A stretch of DNA of 63,729 bases, counting the filler, from Squatina squatina (lineage: Eukaryota): assembly GCA_031763465.1 (NCBI GenBank). It is 3 parts of 3 records of this genome, joined end to end, with 100 filler letters (N's around TTAATTAATTAA, not from the genome) between each part and the next. Parts side by side here need not be neighbours in the genome. Positions count along the whole stretch, not along the records: positions 1 to 25,482 come from JARFOE010000073.1; 2 more parts are not named here. The stretch is one strand, 5' to 3'. The position numbers and the translations under genes were made by a program. This document shows positions 1 to 10,963 of the stretch, in pieces (position 1 is the stretch's first letter; each line of letters opens with the position of its first letter). The notes under the pieces were generated by a model. It saw only the letters and a list, made by a program, of their open reading frames with translations, made no database searches and was not told where the DNA came from.

Positions 1-430
1 GGGGCTCTTTTCTCTAGAAAAGAGAAGACTGAGGGGCGACTTGATTGAGGTCTTTAAGATTATAAAAGGGTTCAATAGGGTCGACGTAGAGAAGATGTTT
101 CCACTTGTGGAGGAGATCAAAATTAGAGGCCATAAATATAAGATAAGATTCATCACGAATAAGCCCAATAAAGAATTCTAGAAGAACTTCTTTTCCCAGA
201 GAGTGGTTAGAATGTAGAAATTGATACCACAGGGAATGGTTGAGGAGAATGGCATTAATGGCTTTAAGCGGAAACTAGATAAGTACATGAGGGAGAAAGG
301 AATAGAAGAACATGTAAATAGGGTTAGATGAAGTGGGAGGAAGCTCGTGTGGAGCACAAACACTGACATAGACCAGTTAGGCTGAATGGGCTGTTTCTGT
401 GCCGTAATTTCTACATAATATAATTCTATG
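1..430 (+). mobile_element. CR1-like LINE, 3' fragment (RT C-terminus + 3' UTR), degenerate
   Basis: Translates to GLFSLEKRRLRGDLIEVFKIIKGFNRVDVEKMFPL, followed by ttcccagagagtggttaga and a ggctgaatgg 3' UTR motif, all typical of CR1-clade ORF2 ends. Confidence 0.85.
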
Positions 431-771
431 AATATTCAGGCAGCAATAACCCTTTCTGTGAATTACAAAAGTCTGGGCCCAGTGCATTATTTATTGATAA
501 GACTTTGCTTTCATTCACTGCATTAGTACTGTTGAGTGCATCCTGTCTATCGGCAATGCGCCAAGTCAAACAGGACAAAGTAAATAATTAACAAGAATCG
601 CTGCAGAAAGGGAACTTGCCTCTGTATTCTGAACACGAGGCACAAGGCAATGGTTCAAAAGGCTAAAATCTTTTGGTTCACTTGTCACAAATCTATTTCC
701 AGAAAAGCTACCAGAAAAGTACAGATGACTCAACGATTAAAGTTGCATTTGTTGCTTTTGTGAAACTTGTA

Positions 772-1001
772 GGGCGCCCAATTCGGGTTTTGGGCATTGG
801 TGGCGCCAAGTGCCGAATTTAGCGCTGGAAATGGGACTCTTTCAAATTTTTCCTTCAAGCCCCCAATTAGTCACTTCAGAATTTGAGCATTCAAACATGT
901 GCAAACTTAAACATTAAAGGGCCCATACTTAACAGAGCTATTTGTGCTCAGCTTCAGCATGCAAATACTTCAGTTGGCTTAACTGCTTCCAACTACCTAA
1001 C
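772..1001 (+). mobile_element. Terminal segment of a non-autonomous DNA transposon (PIF/Harbinger-like), family A
   Basis: Begins GGGCGCCCAATT; aligns by eye over ~180 bp with 30456-30630 (ctggaaatgggactct, ccccaattag, aatttgag, ttcaaaca, gggcccata). Confidence 0.6.
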
Positions 1002-1857
1002 NNNNNNNNNNNNNNNNNNNNNNNNNNNNNNNNNNNNNNNNNNNNNNNNNNNNNNNNNNNNNNNNNNNNNNNNNNNNNNNNNNNNNNNNNNNNNNNNNNN
1101 NTGAAGGAGGAAAGAGAGGCAGAGGGTCACTTATGATTACCAAATCAAGATGCGGCTTTTTTGGCACAGAGTCATGAGGCAGTCATCCATAACATTTACC
1201 AGCTTGGAATCTGAATCACTTGGGCAATCCCAATTTATATCTCACTGTGCTAAGTACATACGGTCATGATATTTCGACGATATGACAATGCGTGAAATAA
1301 ATGCTATTATTTCAATCTGATTTTTGCTTTATATCAGCACAGCAACAGGGAAAAGCTCGTTGACATTTTCCATTCTAAACAGGAAGTACTTTTACACCTT
1401 TTTCACCAAGAGGACCAAGCTGGCACTGGCCCAGCTGGTTCTGGTCTTTTATTTTTCTACAGTGAGATGACAAGCTACAAATTACAGGGTTGGAAACAAA
1501 CATGCTGTACCTTAAAATAAAAACTATCCTTTGAATACAACCAGGCTTGCAAGAAACACACAAAACCTCCCAGTTCAATATAAAGAAATACAGTGATGAA
1601 ATATTGTTTGGCTTTACAAGATATTTACACGGGTGTGTACAGCAAGTTACGGTAGACTTTCACTTTTCACAGCAGCTAATCAGTGAGTACAACCATAAAA
1701 TGTACTTACAGATTGCAGATAGAACATCTATAGAAATAAGGGGATTCTGTACTTCTAAAAATATTTACATTTTATTTATAGCAGAAGAAAAACAACTTTC
1801 AACCTTGGTACTTGTTGCAGGAACAGATCCTGAAGCTGGATCAGATATTGTCAATGG

Positions 1858-1935
1858 TTATTGCAGAGTGTCGACAAAGGCATCAAATTCTTCCATATTC
1901 TTCTCATAGATTGCTAGCTTCTCAGGCAAGGAATC
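1858..1935 (-). CDS. ATG13: ATG13 last coding exon
   Basis: cag|GAT...TAA encodes [25 protein letters not shown], matching the human ATG13 C-terminus [25 protein letters not shown] (ULK1-binding end); 78 bp. Confidence 0.97.
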   Translation of the reverse strand, partial: DSLPEKLAIYEKNMEEFDAFVDTLQ

Positions 1936-2114
1936 CTGGGACAAAGATAAAATGAATGAAAAAGAACTGCTCTTTATTCTTTATGAAAGTTTAGTGAAAT
2001 ATTGCTGGCTGACANNNNNNNNNNNNNNNNNNNNNNNNNNNNNNNNNNNNNNNNNNNNNNNNNNNNNNNNNNNNNNNNNNNNNNNNNNNNNNNNNNNNNN
2101 NNNNNNNNNNNNNN

Positions 2115-2217
2115 ACAAATTAAGATGCTGGCTACAGGCGCCATTTTGTCCTGTTTTGCCTCGTTAGCGCCCCTCAGAGATGCTAACGGGGTGCAGCAGG
2201 AGATGAATTTCTAGCCC
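2115..2217. mobile_element. Right end of GC-rich MITE-like DNA transposon
   Basis: Ends ...aatttctagccc followed by TAA; internal ttagcgcccctc...ctaa-ggg segment is shared with 60517-60572. Confidence 0.45.
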
Positions 2218-3102
2218 TAATAGTCTACTGCGCACTGCCCTGTAGGAATGGCTCAACTTTGACTTGGCAGCCGAGATGCCTGTGGAGCCGTTGGATCCTG
2301 GCCTGCATGTCCCGGATGAAGGCATGGTGGCAGTGGCCAGGGTGGCCTGAGTTGGTGGCTCAAGTATTTGGTCAATGATAACCCCACACCCCTGGACATA
2401 GTTCTCTTGTTTTTGCAAATATTGCCTTAAGGTCCTGTGAACCAGTCAACCATCGATGGCCTAAATTCGGTGGCCTCAATTAATGTCTTCCAGCTTTGGT
2501 GACTGACTTCTCTGTGTGGCAAATGGTGAAGTGGTACTGGGGAAGGTGGAACTCTTCAGTTGTCAGTAGCTTAACCATACTTAAGACCGCCACCTTATTT
2601 GCAATGCAAGAGAACTACGCAATCACTTTGAAAACACTATGTTTGCAACACTTAAAAAAACTTTAGCAGTCTCTCTGATGATTCTGTTCATCAAACCTAC
2701 TACCCAGTCTGGAACTAAGACATACAAGCCAGGTGTGATCTGGCTTTGTGGACAAGCTGGTATTTTCCTGTAGCATTATGTTTGTTTGTTAAAATACACA
2801 TCAGAGAAGGTCACCCAAAGACATCACAGACCCTAGGCTCAGTGTGGTGAAACTTCCACATTACAAGGCAATGCGTACTTGTGTAATAAGAACGAAGCAT
2901 GGGTAGAAAATAACCCTAGCAACATCATGAGTGTTGAACTTCAAATGTGAAATGAAGTCACGGAAAGATGTCTTATATAAATTCTCTAGTTAAGTAATTT
3001 AGCCCTAATTACATGAAATCTAAAGATATACACTATGGGGAAACATGTTGATAATCTGGTGCTCAAAGGAGACAAACCTATTCAACTGGACATGAGTCAT
3101 AC

Positions 3103-3220
3103 CTGATTGGCTGGTTTGTTAACAAATGCTCCCACTTTCCTGGTAAAGGTGGTTTCGAGTGCATCTTGTGGTGATTCGCTCTTCCCCTCACTGCTCTTTG
3201 ATAACATTTCTGCTTCACCA
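3103..3220 (-). CDS. ATG13: ATG13 internal exon
   Basis: ag|T GGT...CAG|gt; encodes [39 protein letters not shown] (human ...[24 protein letters not shown]); 118 bp. Confidence 0.95.
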
Positions 3221-4602
3221 CTTTAAAACACAAAGGGGGAAAACTTATCAGATGGACATGTCAAAGACATTTGTAAATGGTTTAATTATTTTTTGTTATG
3301 CTCATCAAGACGAGAAATTTCAGTCTGGGTGAATGGAACTCCCTGCCCAAACCAGATCAGGTGTTGAACAGGTGGATACAGGGTAAACCTCACTACTTTG
3401 ACAAACAAGTGTCTTCTTCTAGTTTAATAATCAGCCTTCCACTGGTCTAACCAAGTCTGACAATTTCCAATTTCTGGGTAGTTCTGCAGTGAAGACTTGA
3501 ACCCAGAGAACTAGACTGAGGCTGCAGGGGTTCATTTTCCTTAAAACACTTATCTTTGGCACAGAAGGAGAGGAGAGTCTTTAGTTTCAGCCTCCATTTT
3601 ACATGGATTCAAGAGCAGGTTACAGAGGTGAAAGGACAGTGCTATGACCCTCAATCAGATGGAACCATTTCAATAAAGAACTGAGAATTCATTGCAAGAT
3701 GTCATCGAACAATTTGGAGAAAACTATTTTTAAACACATTCCATACACATAACCTGAAAAGTAAGTCAGGCAACCTCTCTGCCTCTAAATCAGCCACCAG
3801 GAGGTGCATTGAGAGAGGATTGACTTCAGTTCAATTTGTTGAAATAGTTAAACACTGAAGGCAGTTTTTCTGCTTTACAATGGGACACTAAAACATACCT
3901 TATAAAATAATGTAGAATTATTTTCAGTGTAGACCATTTATAAATGAATGTAAGATGTGGAATAAATCGGTTATGTCAGATCTGTAGGTTAAGTGGACAG
4001 CTCTATACATGTGGCAAGCAGTTATTCTGTTTCACATTGGNNNNNNNNNNNNNNNNNNNNNNNNNNNNNNNNNNNNNNNNNNNNNNNNNNNNNNNNNNNN
4101 NNNNNNNNNNNNNNNNNNNNNNNNNNNNNNNNNNNNNNNNGTTTCCATCATTGCTAGCTCACTTTGTGGCATCATGTGATCACCTTTATTTGGCTGGACT
4201 GCAAGGGTGCCCAGACTTTGGCCTGGGGTAAAAGTCGATCAGTAAACCAAGTTATCAGCTGACAGCATGGTTTTCTGCAGAAAGCTGGCTTCAGTTAGCT
4301 TTCAGGCAAATTGAAAGTCATGGCCTTGGCTCAAGTTAATCGAGACACTTCAGGACATCTCCCAGTCAGTGACATCAAAGGCCACACAAGCACAAACCTT
4401 GTGGGTCACCCAACAGTTCAGAAAAGGTATTTTCACAACAAAAATACTTTGCAAAGAAAAGAATTCCACTGATATTTCCTTCCCCTTTGTATCTGGAAGA
4501 AGGGCCAAGAAGTAATTTAAGATTTGCAGCTTGAACAATTTCCTGTTTGGTTTCAAACAAAATGTGCCCGATAACTTGCAATTGCTTTCTGTTATAACTC
4601 AC

Positions 4603-4701
4603 TTGATGTGTAAAGGTCAAACCTAGTATGGGGACCTTCAGTGTGTCCATCACCACTGGCTTGGGAGCCTGAAAATGTGTCTTACTAACAGTAAACACAC
4701 A
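4603..4701 (-). CDS. ATG13: ATG13 99-bp frame-preserving cassette exon
   Basis: tag|TGT...CAA|gtgagt; encodes CVFTVSKTHFQAPKPVVMDTLKVPILGLTFTHQ, similar to the 33-aa insert CVFTVTKAHFQTPTPVVTDTLRVPMAGLAFSHQ recalled from the long mammalian isoform. Confidence 0.85.
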
Positions 4702-5403
4702 CTACACACAAACATACACAAACACAGAAGAGAAAGAGAAAAAGAAGAAAAGGAAAACAGAACTTAGAGAGAAGGAAAATAAGAGTTTCTCATGCATCAA
4801 CATCAAATTGAAATGCAAGTTACCAATATTTGAAAAAGACATTTCCAAAACACATTTGTGTACATTTAAATTGACAACTAAAACAGCTTGGTGATAAGAC
4901 AGAGCGAGATTGAACATGGCTGCAATCTCATCCATTTACATCTATTTTTGGTGGTCAATTCAACCATCCACCTAGTTGCTTGTGGGATTGAGTTCCAAAG
5001 CCCCAAGGATACCCACTNNNNNNNNNNNNNNNNNNNNNNNNNNNNNNNNNNNNNNNNNNNNNNNNNNNNNNNNNNNNNNNNNNNNNNNNNNNNNNNNNNN
5101 NNNNNNNNNNNNNNNNNTTTGAACCCACTGTCAAATGTATTATTGGTGTGAAGCAGAGTAAAGCACCCTCTACACTGTCTCAACACAAAAAATATCAGAA
5201 GCACGCCCCTTGACCAGTAGAGATAATGCAATTTCCCACAGCATCTTAGCCTAAAACTAAACAAAGATTGAATTCTGGTCAATTTTATGCTTCAGAATGG
5301 GGTCTACTGTGAACTTCAATAAGCTACCTAAACTGATATCTTGATTCCACAGTACAGCTAACAATGTGTTCTTTATACTTAATGACTATTGTTACTGTCC
5401 CAC

Positions 5404-5502
5404 CTGTAGTTACATGGGTGTAGTGGTGAAGATCCACTATAGGGACGATCTACAAAGTGGTCTATGATAATCCCCATGATTGGCTGGGTCCGCTCCAGCT
5501 GC
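5404..5502 (-). CDS. ATG13: ATG13 internal exon (just after the HORMA domain)
   Basis: cag|G CAG...AG|gt; encodes [32 protein letters not shown] (human [32 protein letters not shown]); 99 bp. Confidence 0.96.
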
Positions 5503-6562
5503 CTGTGAAATAATTCAAAGTAAAAATTACAACTTAAAAGAGCTCCTAAAAATGACAACCATATATGTCCTTTGGTCAACTTAATCTGTCATGGAAAATG
5601 TTAAGCAATGGGATGATGGACTAACCTAGCAAAAGAGAATCTACTTCTCCCAAAATGATACCTAGTCAACATTTTTAAAAAAAAAGCACATGAAGAGGAA
5701 TAACCAGAGATATTCTGCTAAACAGGGTCAAAGTTGCATGAATAATGGTTATTCATTAATAAACTGTGGCAAAAAGCCTCAAGCCACTTGTCATTGAATC
5801 ACAAGAAACTGTATGGCGACACAGATAAAATGGTAGAGATCAATGTGTTTTGTCTTTCACAACAAAAATAGAACACATCCAATGGCAGAGGAGAAAATTA
5901 AAACAGATCCAGTTTGCAGTGATGTGCTTCCAAGGCGAAAACAAATTGTACTTGTTTAAGTACAATGAAGAGGGAGAAAGAGTCCATGTTCCTTCCTGCA
6001 GTTGTATTTTATGTCAAAAAGCATTTAAAGTTTACTGGTATTCCAGAGGTATTTCACCCCAAGAGTATATCAATTCTCCACCCATATCCTAGTTGCAAAG
6101 CAACCATTGGATAAGGTTACACTAACATCAACAGCCATGGAATGTGGTTGCACAGAAGTTCAATTTGTTTTACTCTCAATCTGAGCCACACTGAGTGTCA
6201 AGGCACTGAGCTAAGGATGTGACATCTTCCTGCCTTGGTAGTGGATGGTGGAGAAAAGAAAAAAAAATGGAGGGAATGTCATCCTTTGTGGATCATGGCA
6301 TGGAGATGATTTACATGAAGAGTAATGAAAGTACTTATTAAAAAGCAGTCCTCTGATCCACAATATTGGAATACAGCCTTGAATTCATGTCACATTTAGA
6401 ATATGTAGTTTTGATAAAACTCAGTTTACAGAAAAGGAGGAGGCCGGCCATTTGACACATCANNNNNNNNNNNNNNNNNNNNNNNNNNNNNNNNNNNNNN
6501 NNNNNNNNNNNNNNNNNNNNNNNNNNNNNNNNNNNNNNNNNNNNNNNNNNNNNNNNNNNNNN

Positions 6563-6810
6563 GGGAGATTGGGAGAAATGTTATTACACAGCGAGTTGTT
6601 ATAATTTGGAATGCACTTCCTGAAAGGGTGGTGGAAGCAGATTCAATAATAACTTTCAAAAAGGAATTGAATATATACTTAAAAGAACATTTTACAGGGC
6701 TTACGGGGAAAGAGTGGGGGAGTAGGACTAATTGGATAGCTCTTTTGAAGAGCCAGCATCGACATGATGGGCTGAATGGCCGCCTTCTGTGATGTAAGAT
6801 TCTATGAATT
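6563..6810 (+). mobile_element. CR1-like LINE 3' end
   Basis: acacagcgagttgttataatttggaatgcacttcctgaaagggtggtggaagcag (TQRVVIIWNALPERVVEA) plus gggctgaatggcc and gattctatga tail. Confidence 0.8.
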
Positions 6811-7693
6811 AACAGAACTCTGCTGTGCATGTTAAGTTTGAATTCACTTTTTACATGGTGTAGACTACACACTGGACTCCTATCAGCATAGTTGTAAATT
6901 GACCATATTCTGTTTGGATTTTACTGGTCTTTGCACCAAGCAGTAAAATGAGAAACATGCCCTAGAGCTGATAGAATGCAATGTACCATAACCAAGCTTC
7001 AAGGTTATTCATGGAGGAAGTCATTTTGATCATTTATAAATTATGATCTGTGATATGTGGAAAGTAATGTATTTTAGCAATTGAAACTTTTTTTTCTCAA
7101 GCCTCTCCCTCCTTTAAATTGAATTGGACCATTTTAAAATCCTTAGAGCATATCTACTGCACTTCTCAAACACATCCTGTTATGTTGGTTAATCTGTCCA
7201 CCATCAAGAAGAATTGTAAGCTGCGCCTGAAAAGGTCCATAGGAGATGTGCTATTCTGCTCCATTGTTGGAACTTAGTTTACAAGTCAAAATCTTTTTAT
7301 CAGACCATTGCTGAATGTCAATTTATGATTACTGTAGAAGTTGCATTCGCTTTCCATTGAGTTGTCTGTCTAAAATGGTATTTGTAAGTTCTCCACTACA
7401 ATTGCAAACAGCATCATCAAAGCTTGTCATTCTTGCCTTGGTGCTTTTCGCCAATAGCACCATCTTGCACTTACTCCTGCAGGATCGAATAATTGGTGCA
7501 TTAGCTGTCGGGGGCACCTTCAGGAGCACCACAATATTTCACTCGTCTCTTTGTCATCACCAACCTTCAATGTCTAGCTCACGGTACCATATTTTAAACC
7601 TTACCAGTATGGCCCACAAGCTGACAGAAGTTATTAAAAAAAAAAAAGCCGAGTAAAATGCATGCAAGGTGTAAATTAAACTAGAAGCCATAC

Positions 7694-7813
7694 CTCAGAC
7701 GTCTTGAGAGAAATTTCTACACACATCGACCGTCCAATTCCTGGAAGTTGTCCTGCCAGTGCCTTCTTAGCTTCATGGGTGACTTCTGGAATGTCCTTTA
7801 TTGCAAGGTTAAA
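7694..7813 (-). CDS. ATG13: ATG13 HORMA-domain exon
   Basis: cag|TTT...GAG|gta; encodes [40 protein letters not shown]; 120 bp. Confidence 0.98.
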
Positions 7814-8349
7814 CTGTAACAGGTAGCACAGTACTGTTTGTCATCTCAATCCAATTATAGTGATACTGATTCATTTTAGTTTCTTCAAATCCATTCAAAT
7901 TATCCTGTATGATTTAAAATCTTTAACATTCCCAGATTTGAAAAAAAGTCAGAACACTTTATGGAAATCTTATTTTTAAAGTTAATCATGCGTGACCTAT
8001 TTCTGAGACAGGTAACCACCTTCAGTATAACGATTCATTCAACATGAGAAATGGAGCACACTCAAATTTAAAAAAAAATATTTNNNNNNNNNNNNNNNNN
8101 NNNNNNNNNNNNNNNNNNNNNNNNNNNNNNNNNNNNNNNNNNNNNNNNNNNNNNNNNNNNNNNNNNNNNNNNNNNNNNNNNNNTCTAAAAGCAAAAGCAC
8201 TATTATACCAATCTGATCGAAAGAAAGTAAAATAAAAGGTAATAATTCAATCCACTGTTGATATCAAATTAATCTATGACTGTAATATAAAACATTTGAG
8301 GCAGTAAAGTGACCCTGGGCTGGGGGTGCAGGGGAGAAAAACAAAGGAA

Positions 8350-8588
8350 AAAAATTCAGACAGGGTCCCTGCTCCTGATTGCGAACCAGTGACCACCTGC
8401 TTACAAGTATATGTGTCCATAGTGGATGATAACATAAGCAGGCTGAGTTGCAAGGCCACCACTCCACAGTATTTCAATAGCTTGCCAAAACCTTCAGCCT
8501 TGACTTAGACATGAAGAATTTGGGCGAGATAATGAAGGACAGCTGAAGCCTGTGGAACTACAAGAGTAAGTGTCTTCAGGAGAGGGAA
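8350..8588 (+). repeat. Interspersed SINE-like repeat, degenerate
   Basis: cagggtccctgctcctgattgcgaaccagtgacc ... gcctgtggaac ... cttcaggagaggg; the 3' part resembles 37600-37675; family not identified. Confidence 0.4.
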
Positions 8589-8603
8589 GGATAGTTTTCT
8601 TAC

Positions 8604-8684
8604 CCAGTCTGAGCCTGTAGGAGACGAGGACGAACGGGTACATATCTTTTCTCCGAGCCGTGCTTGCACAATTACCTGGACGGT
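8604..8684 (-). CDS. ATG13: ATG13 HORMA-domain exon
   Basis: tag|ACC...TGG|gtaag; encodes [27 protein letters not shown], identical to the recalled human peptide; 81 bp. Confidence 0.98.
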
Positions 8685-9919
8685 CTATAAAATATACAAC
8701 AGTTTTAATGAGACAAGTATCTCAAGAGGTGGTTTAATTTCTTTACCTCCATCACTCACAGAAATGGCTTTTAGATTTTAGTTATTAATCCAACCTTTGT
8801 AGTAATTCAGAAGTAGAATAATTTAAAATTTCGACTCAAGTTAATGGGGAGGGAGAGAGATATTGGAAAAGAATTCAATAAAATCCCAGTTTTATTTTCC
8901 ACTTTCTCTTTCCAGAAAACTCAAACTAAAGCAAAAATTGAAAAGAAAATCACCAACATATAAAGTTTTAAACCAACCTTGGAGCCACAGGTTTAAATTT
9001 GAACTCTCCATATGGAGATCGCCCAGTGACAGCCAATTCACGGAGAGGAAGTACAAGTGTAAGTGCTTTCAACGTGTCACTCCACCACGTATAGCCTAAC
9101 AGCTGGTGCATTACACATGGGAGGATTGACCAAGAAATGCAAAAAGTTTTTATTGTCCTCATGTTTATTGTGTGAATGTTTTTCTACTTTAACTGTGAAG
9201 GTGTATGAAATATTATTTCAGTTGTCTGAAATCTCACATCTAAAAAGGAGTCAATCGGAGTTCTAGCTTTGACAGCTAAGTGGGTTAAAAGCAGTAGGTT
9301 TGAAATTGTTCTGCAGTTCTTTTGTAAAGTAGTTGATTAAATCGTGAGAGGTCTCAAAAACAGGTCTTGTTTGAGGGTACACAAAACTTCAAGCAAGAGA
9401 TGATGAAAACAGATCAAATTTCTTATTCAGAAACAGAACCTGATCATTAAATTAACAAAACTTCTCATGTTCAATCTGAAGCCATTTTGACAGTCGTGAC
9501 TTGTGACACACTTTCTTGCTGGATATATATGTATATTTTACTTTTAGTATTTGTTAAGTATTGTGTTTAATGATAAGTAAAGAGATTCATTGTTTCAGGC
9601 TACAAATCATTGGTCTGTGTGGTAATACTTGGCATTGGAGAGAGTTTCATACCTTAGTTTGTAACTGTAACAGTGGATTACAAGCGGACATTTAACCTCA
9701 GTAAAGGAGGAGTATTGAAAAGGTCAAGTTTTTGCAACACAGGACTGTTGACTGAAGTGAGTAAATAATAGCTGAATTCAAAACTACAGTCAAAGCTTAC
9801 TCAGTTTGACTAGATCCACAGGCCTTGTGTAAACTGAAAGCTTTACATTACTTAGCATGGACGCAGTCACTCGTCTCAATAAGCATTAATCAATAATATA
9901 TTGTGTGGAGAATTTGTAC

Positions 9920-9988
9920 CTTCAGGGCGAAGAATTTAATGAACTTATCCAGATCCTTCTTATCCTGAGGGCTCAGTTCACCATCCAT
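9920..9988 (-). CDS. ATG13: ATG13 first coding exon (start codon)
   Basis: Acceptor tttag at 10002-10003, Kozak-like cacc[27 protein letters not shown]|gtac (human [23 protein letters not shown]); 69 coding bp. Confidence 0.97.
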
Positions 9989-10128
9989 GGTGAAAAGGAA
10001 TCTAAAGATATAACAGAAAAGAAAAATTNNNNNNNNNNNNNNNNNNNNNNNNNNNNNNNNNNNNNNNNNNNNNNNNNNNNNNNNNNNNNNNNNNNNNNNN
10101 NNNNNNNNNNNNNNNNNNNNNNNNNNNN

Positions 10129-10236
10129 CTGGTAGGTCATAGAAGGACACCTTGGTGTGTGACCTTTCACCCCACTATTCAAGGGCTTGTGGCATCTGGA
10201 TGTCTAGATGGGGAGGTTCGAATCTGGGATTTACAC
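10129..10236 (+). CDS. AMBRA1: AMBRA1 WD40 exon, 5'-truncated by gap
   Basis: [36 protein letters not shown]|gtaagt (human [36 protein letters not shown]). Confidence 0.97.
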
Positions 10237-10790
10237 GTAAGTATGCATAACCACAGCTTGGGCGAGTACACTATGCGATTGAGGTGTATGAAATTATGCA
10301 AGTTAGAAGCTAAATGATGTATCATTCGTACAGACAACATAATTGATAATACAAGTGCCACAACTGTAAAGTCAGAGCTAATCAGCCAGTAGTGGATGAG
10401 AAGGCAAGTGTTTGCTGTGGGTTTNNNNNNNNNNTTTTACATGAGGGAATCTGCTTTAAGAAGTAATTTTTGCTGACTTTGTTAAGATAGGTACTCGATT
10501 GAGAGCCACAACTGCATATCTTGCAGCCTTGTGGCACTGATTCATCGGTGACTGCCCCTGAAATTTTATCTCTGTAACTAGCCAACTCTGGGTGAAAGAA
10601 AGGACAATTCCAGCTATCTGAATCTTCATATAAAATTAAAATCTTTCAAATGGATCGTCTTTCTTTTGTTATAAAAGGTTTTTTTCCCACCTTTAATTAA
10701 AATTCTGGGGCACTGCATTGTGTAACAGACATTGACGGTGTTGGATAAAACACAGCATGAATGTTCTTCAGTGACTTGTTCTCCTTTCAG

Positions 10791-10963
10791 GGAGGCAGTG
10801 AGAGTTGGTTTACTGAGAACAATGTGGCCATAGCGTCCTTAGCCTTCCATCCTATGGCACAGCTCCTGTTGATAGCTACTGCAAATGAGATCCACTTCTG
10901 GGACTGGAGTCGGCGAGAGCCATTTGCTGTGGTGAAAACTGCCAGTGAAATGGAGCGGGTCAG
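10791..10963 (+). CDS. AMBRA1: AMBRA1 WD40 exon
   Basis: tttcag|GGA...AG|gtgagt; [57 protein letters not shown]; 173 bp. Confidence 0.98.

Noticed and set aside
1936-9919. Loss of ATG13 exons (rest of HORMA domain, LIR exon)
   Set aside because: Each missing exon falls in an interval containing a placeholder gap; absence is uninformative
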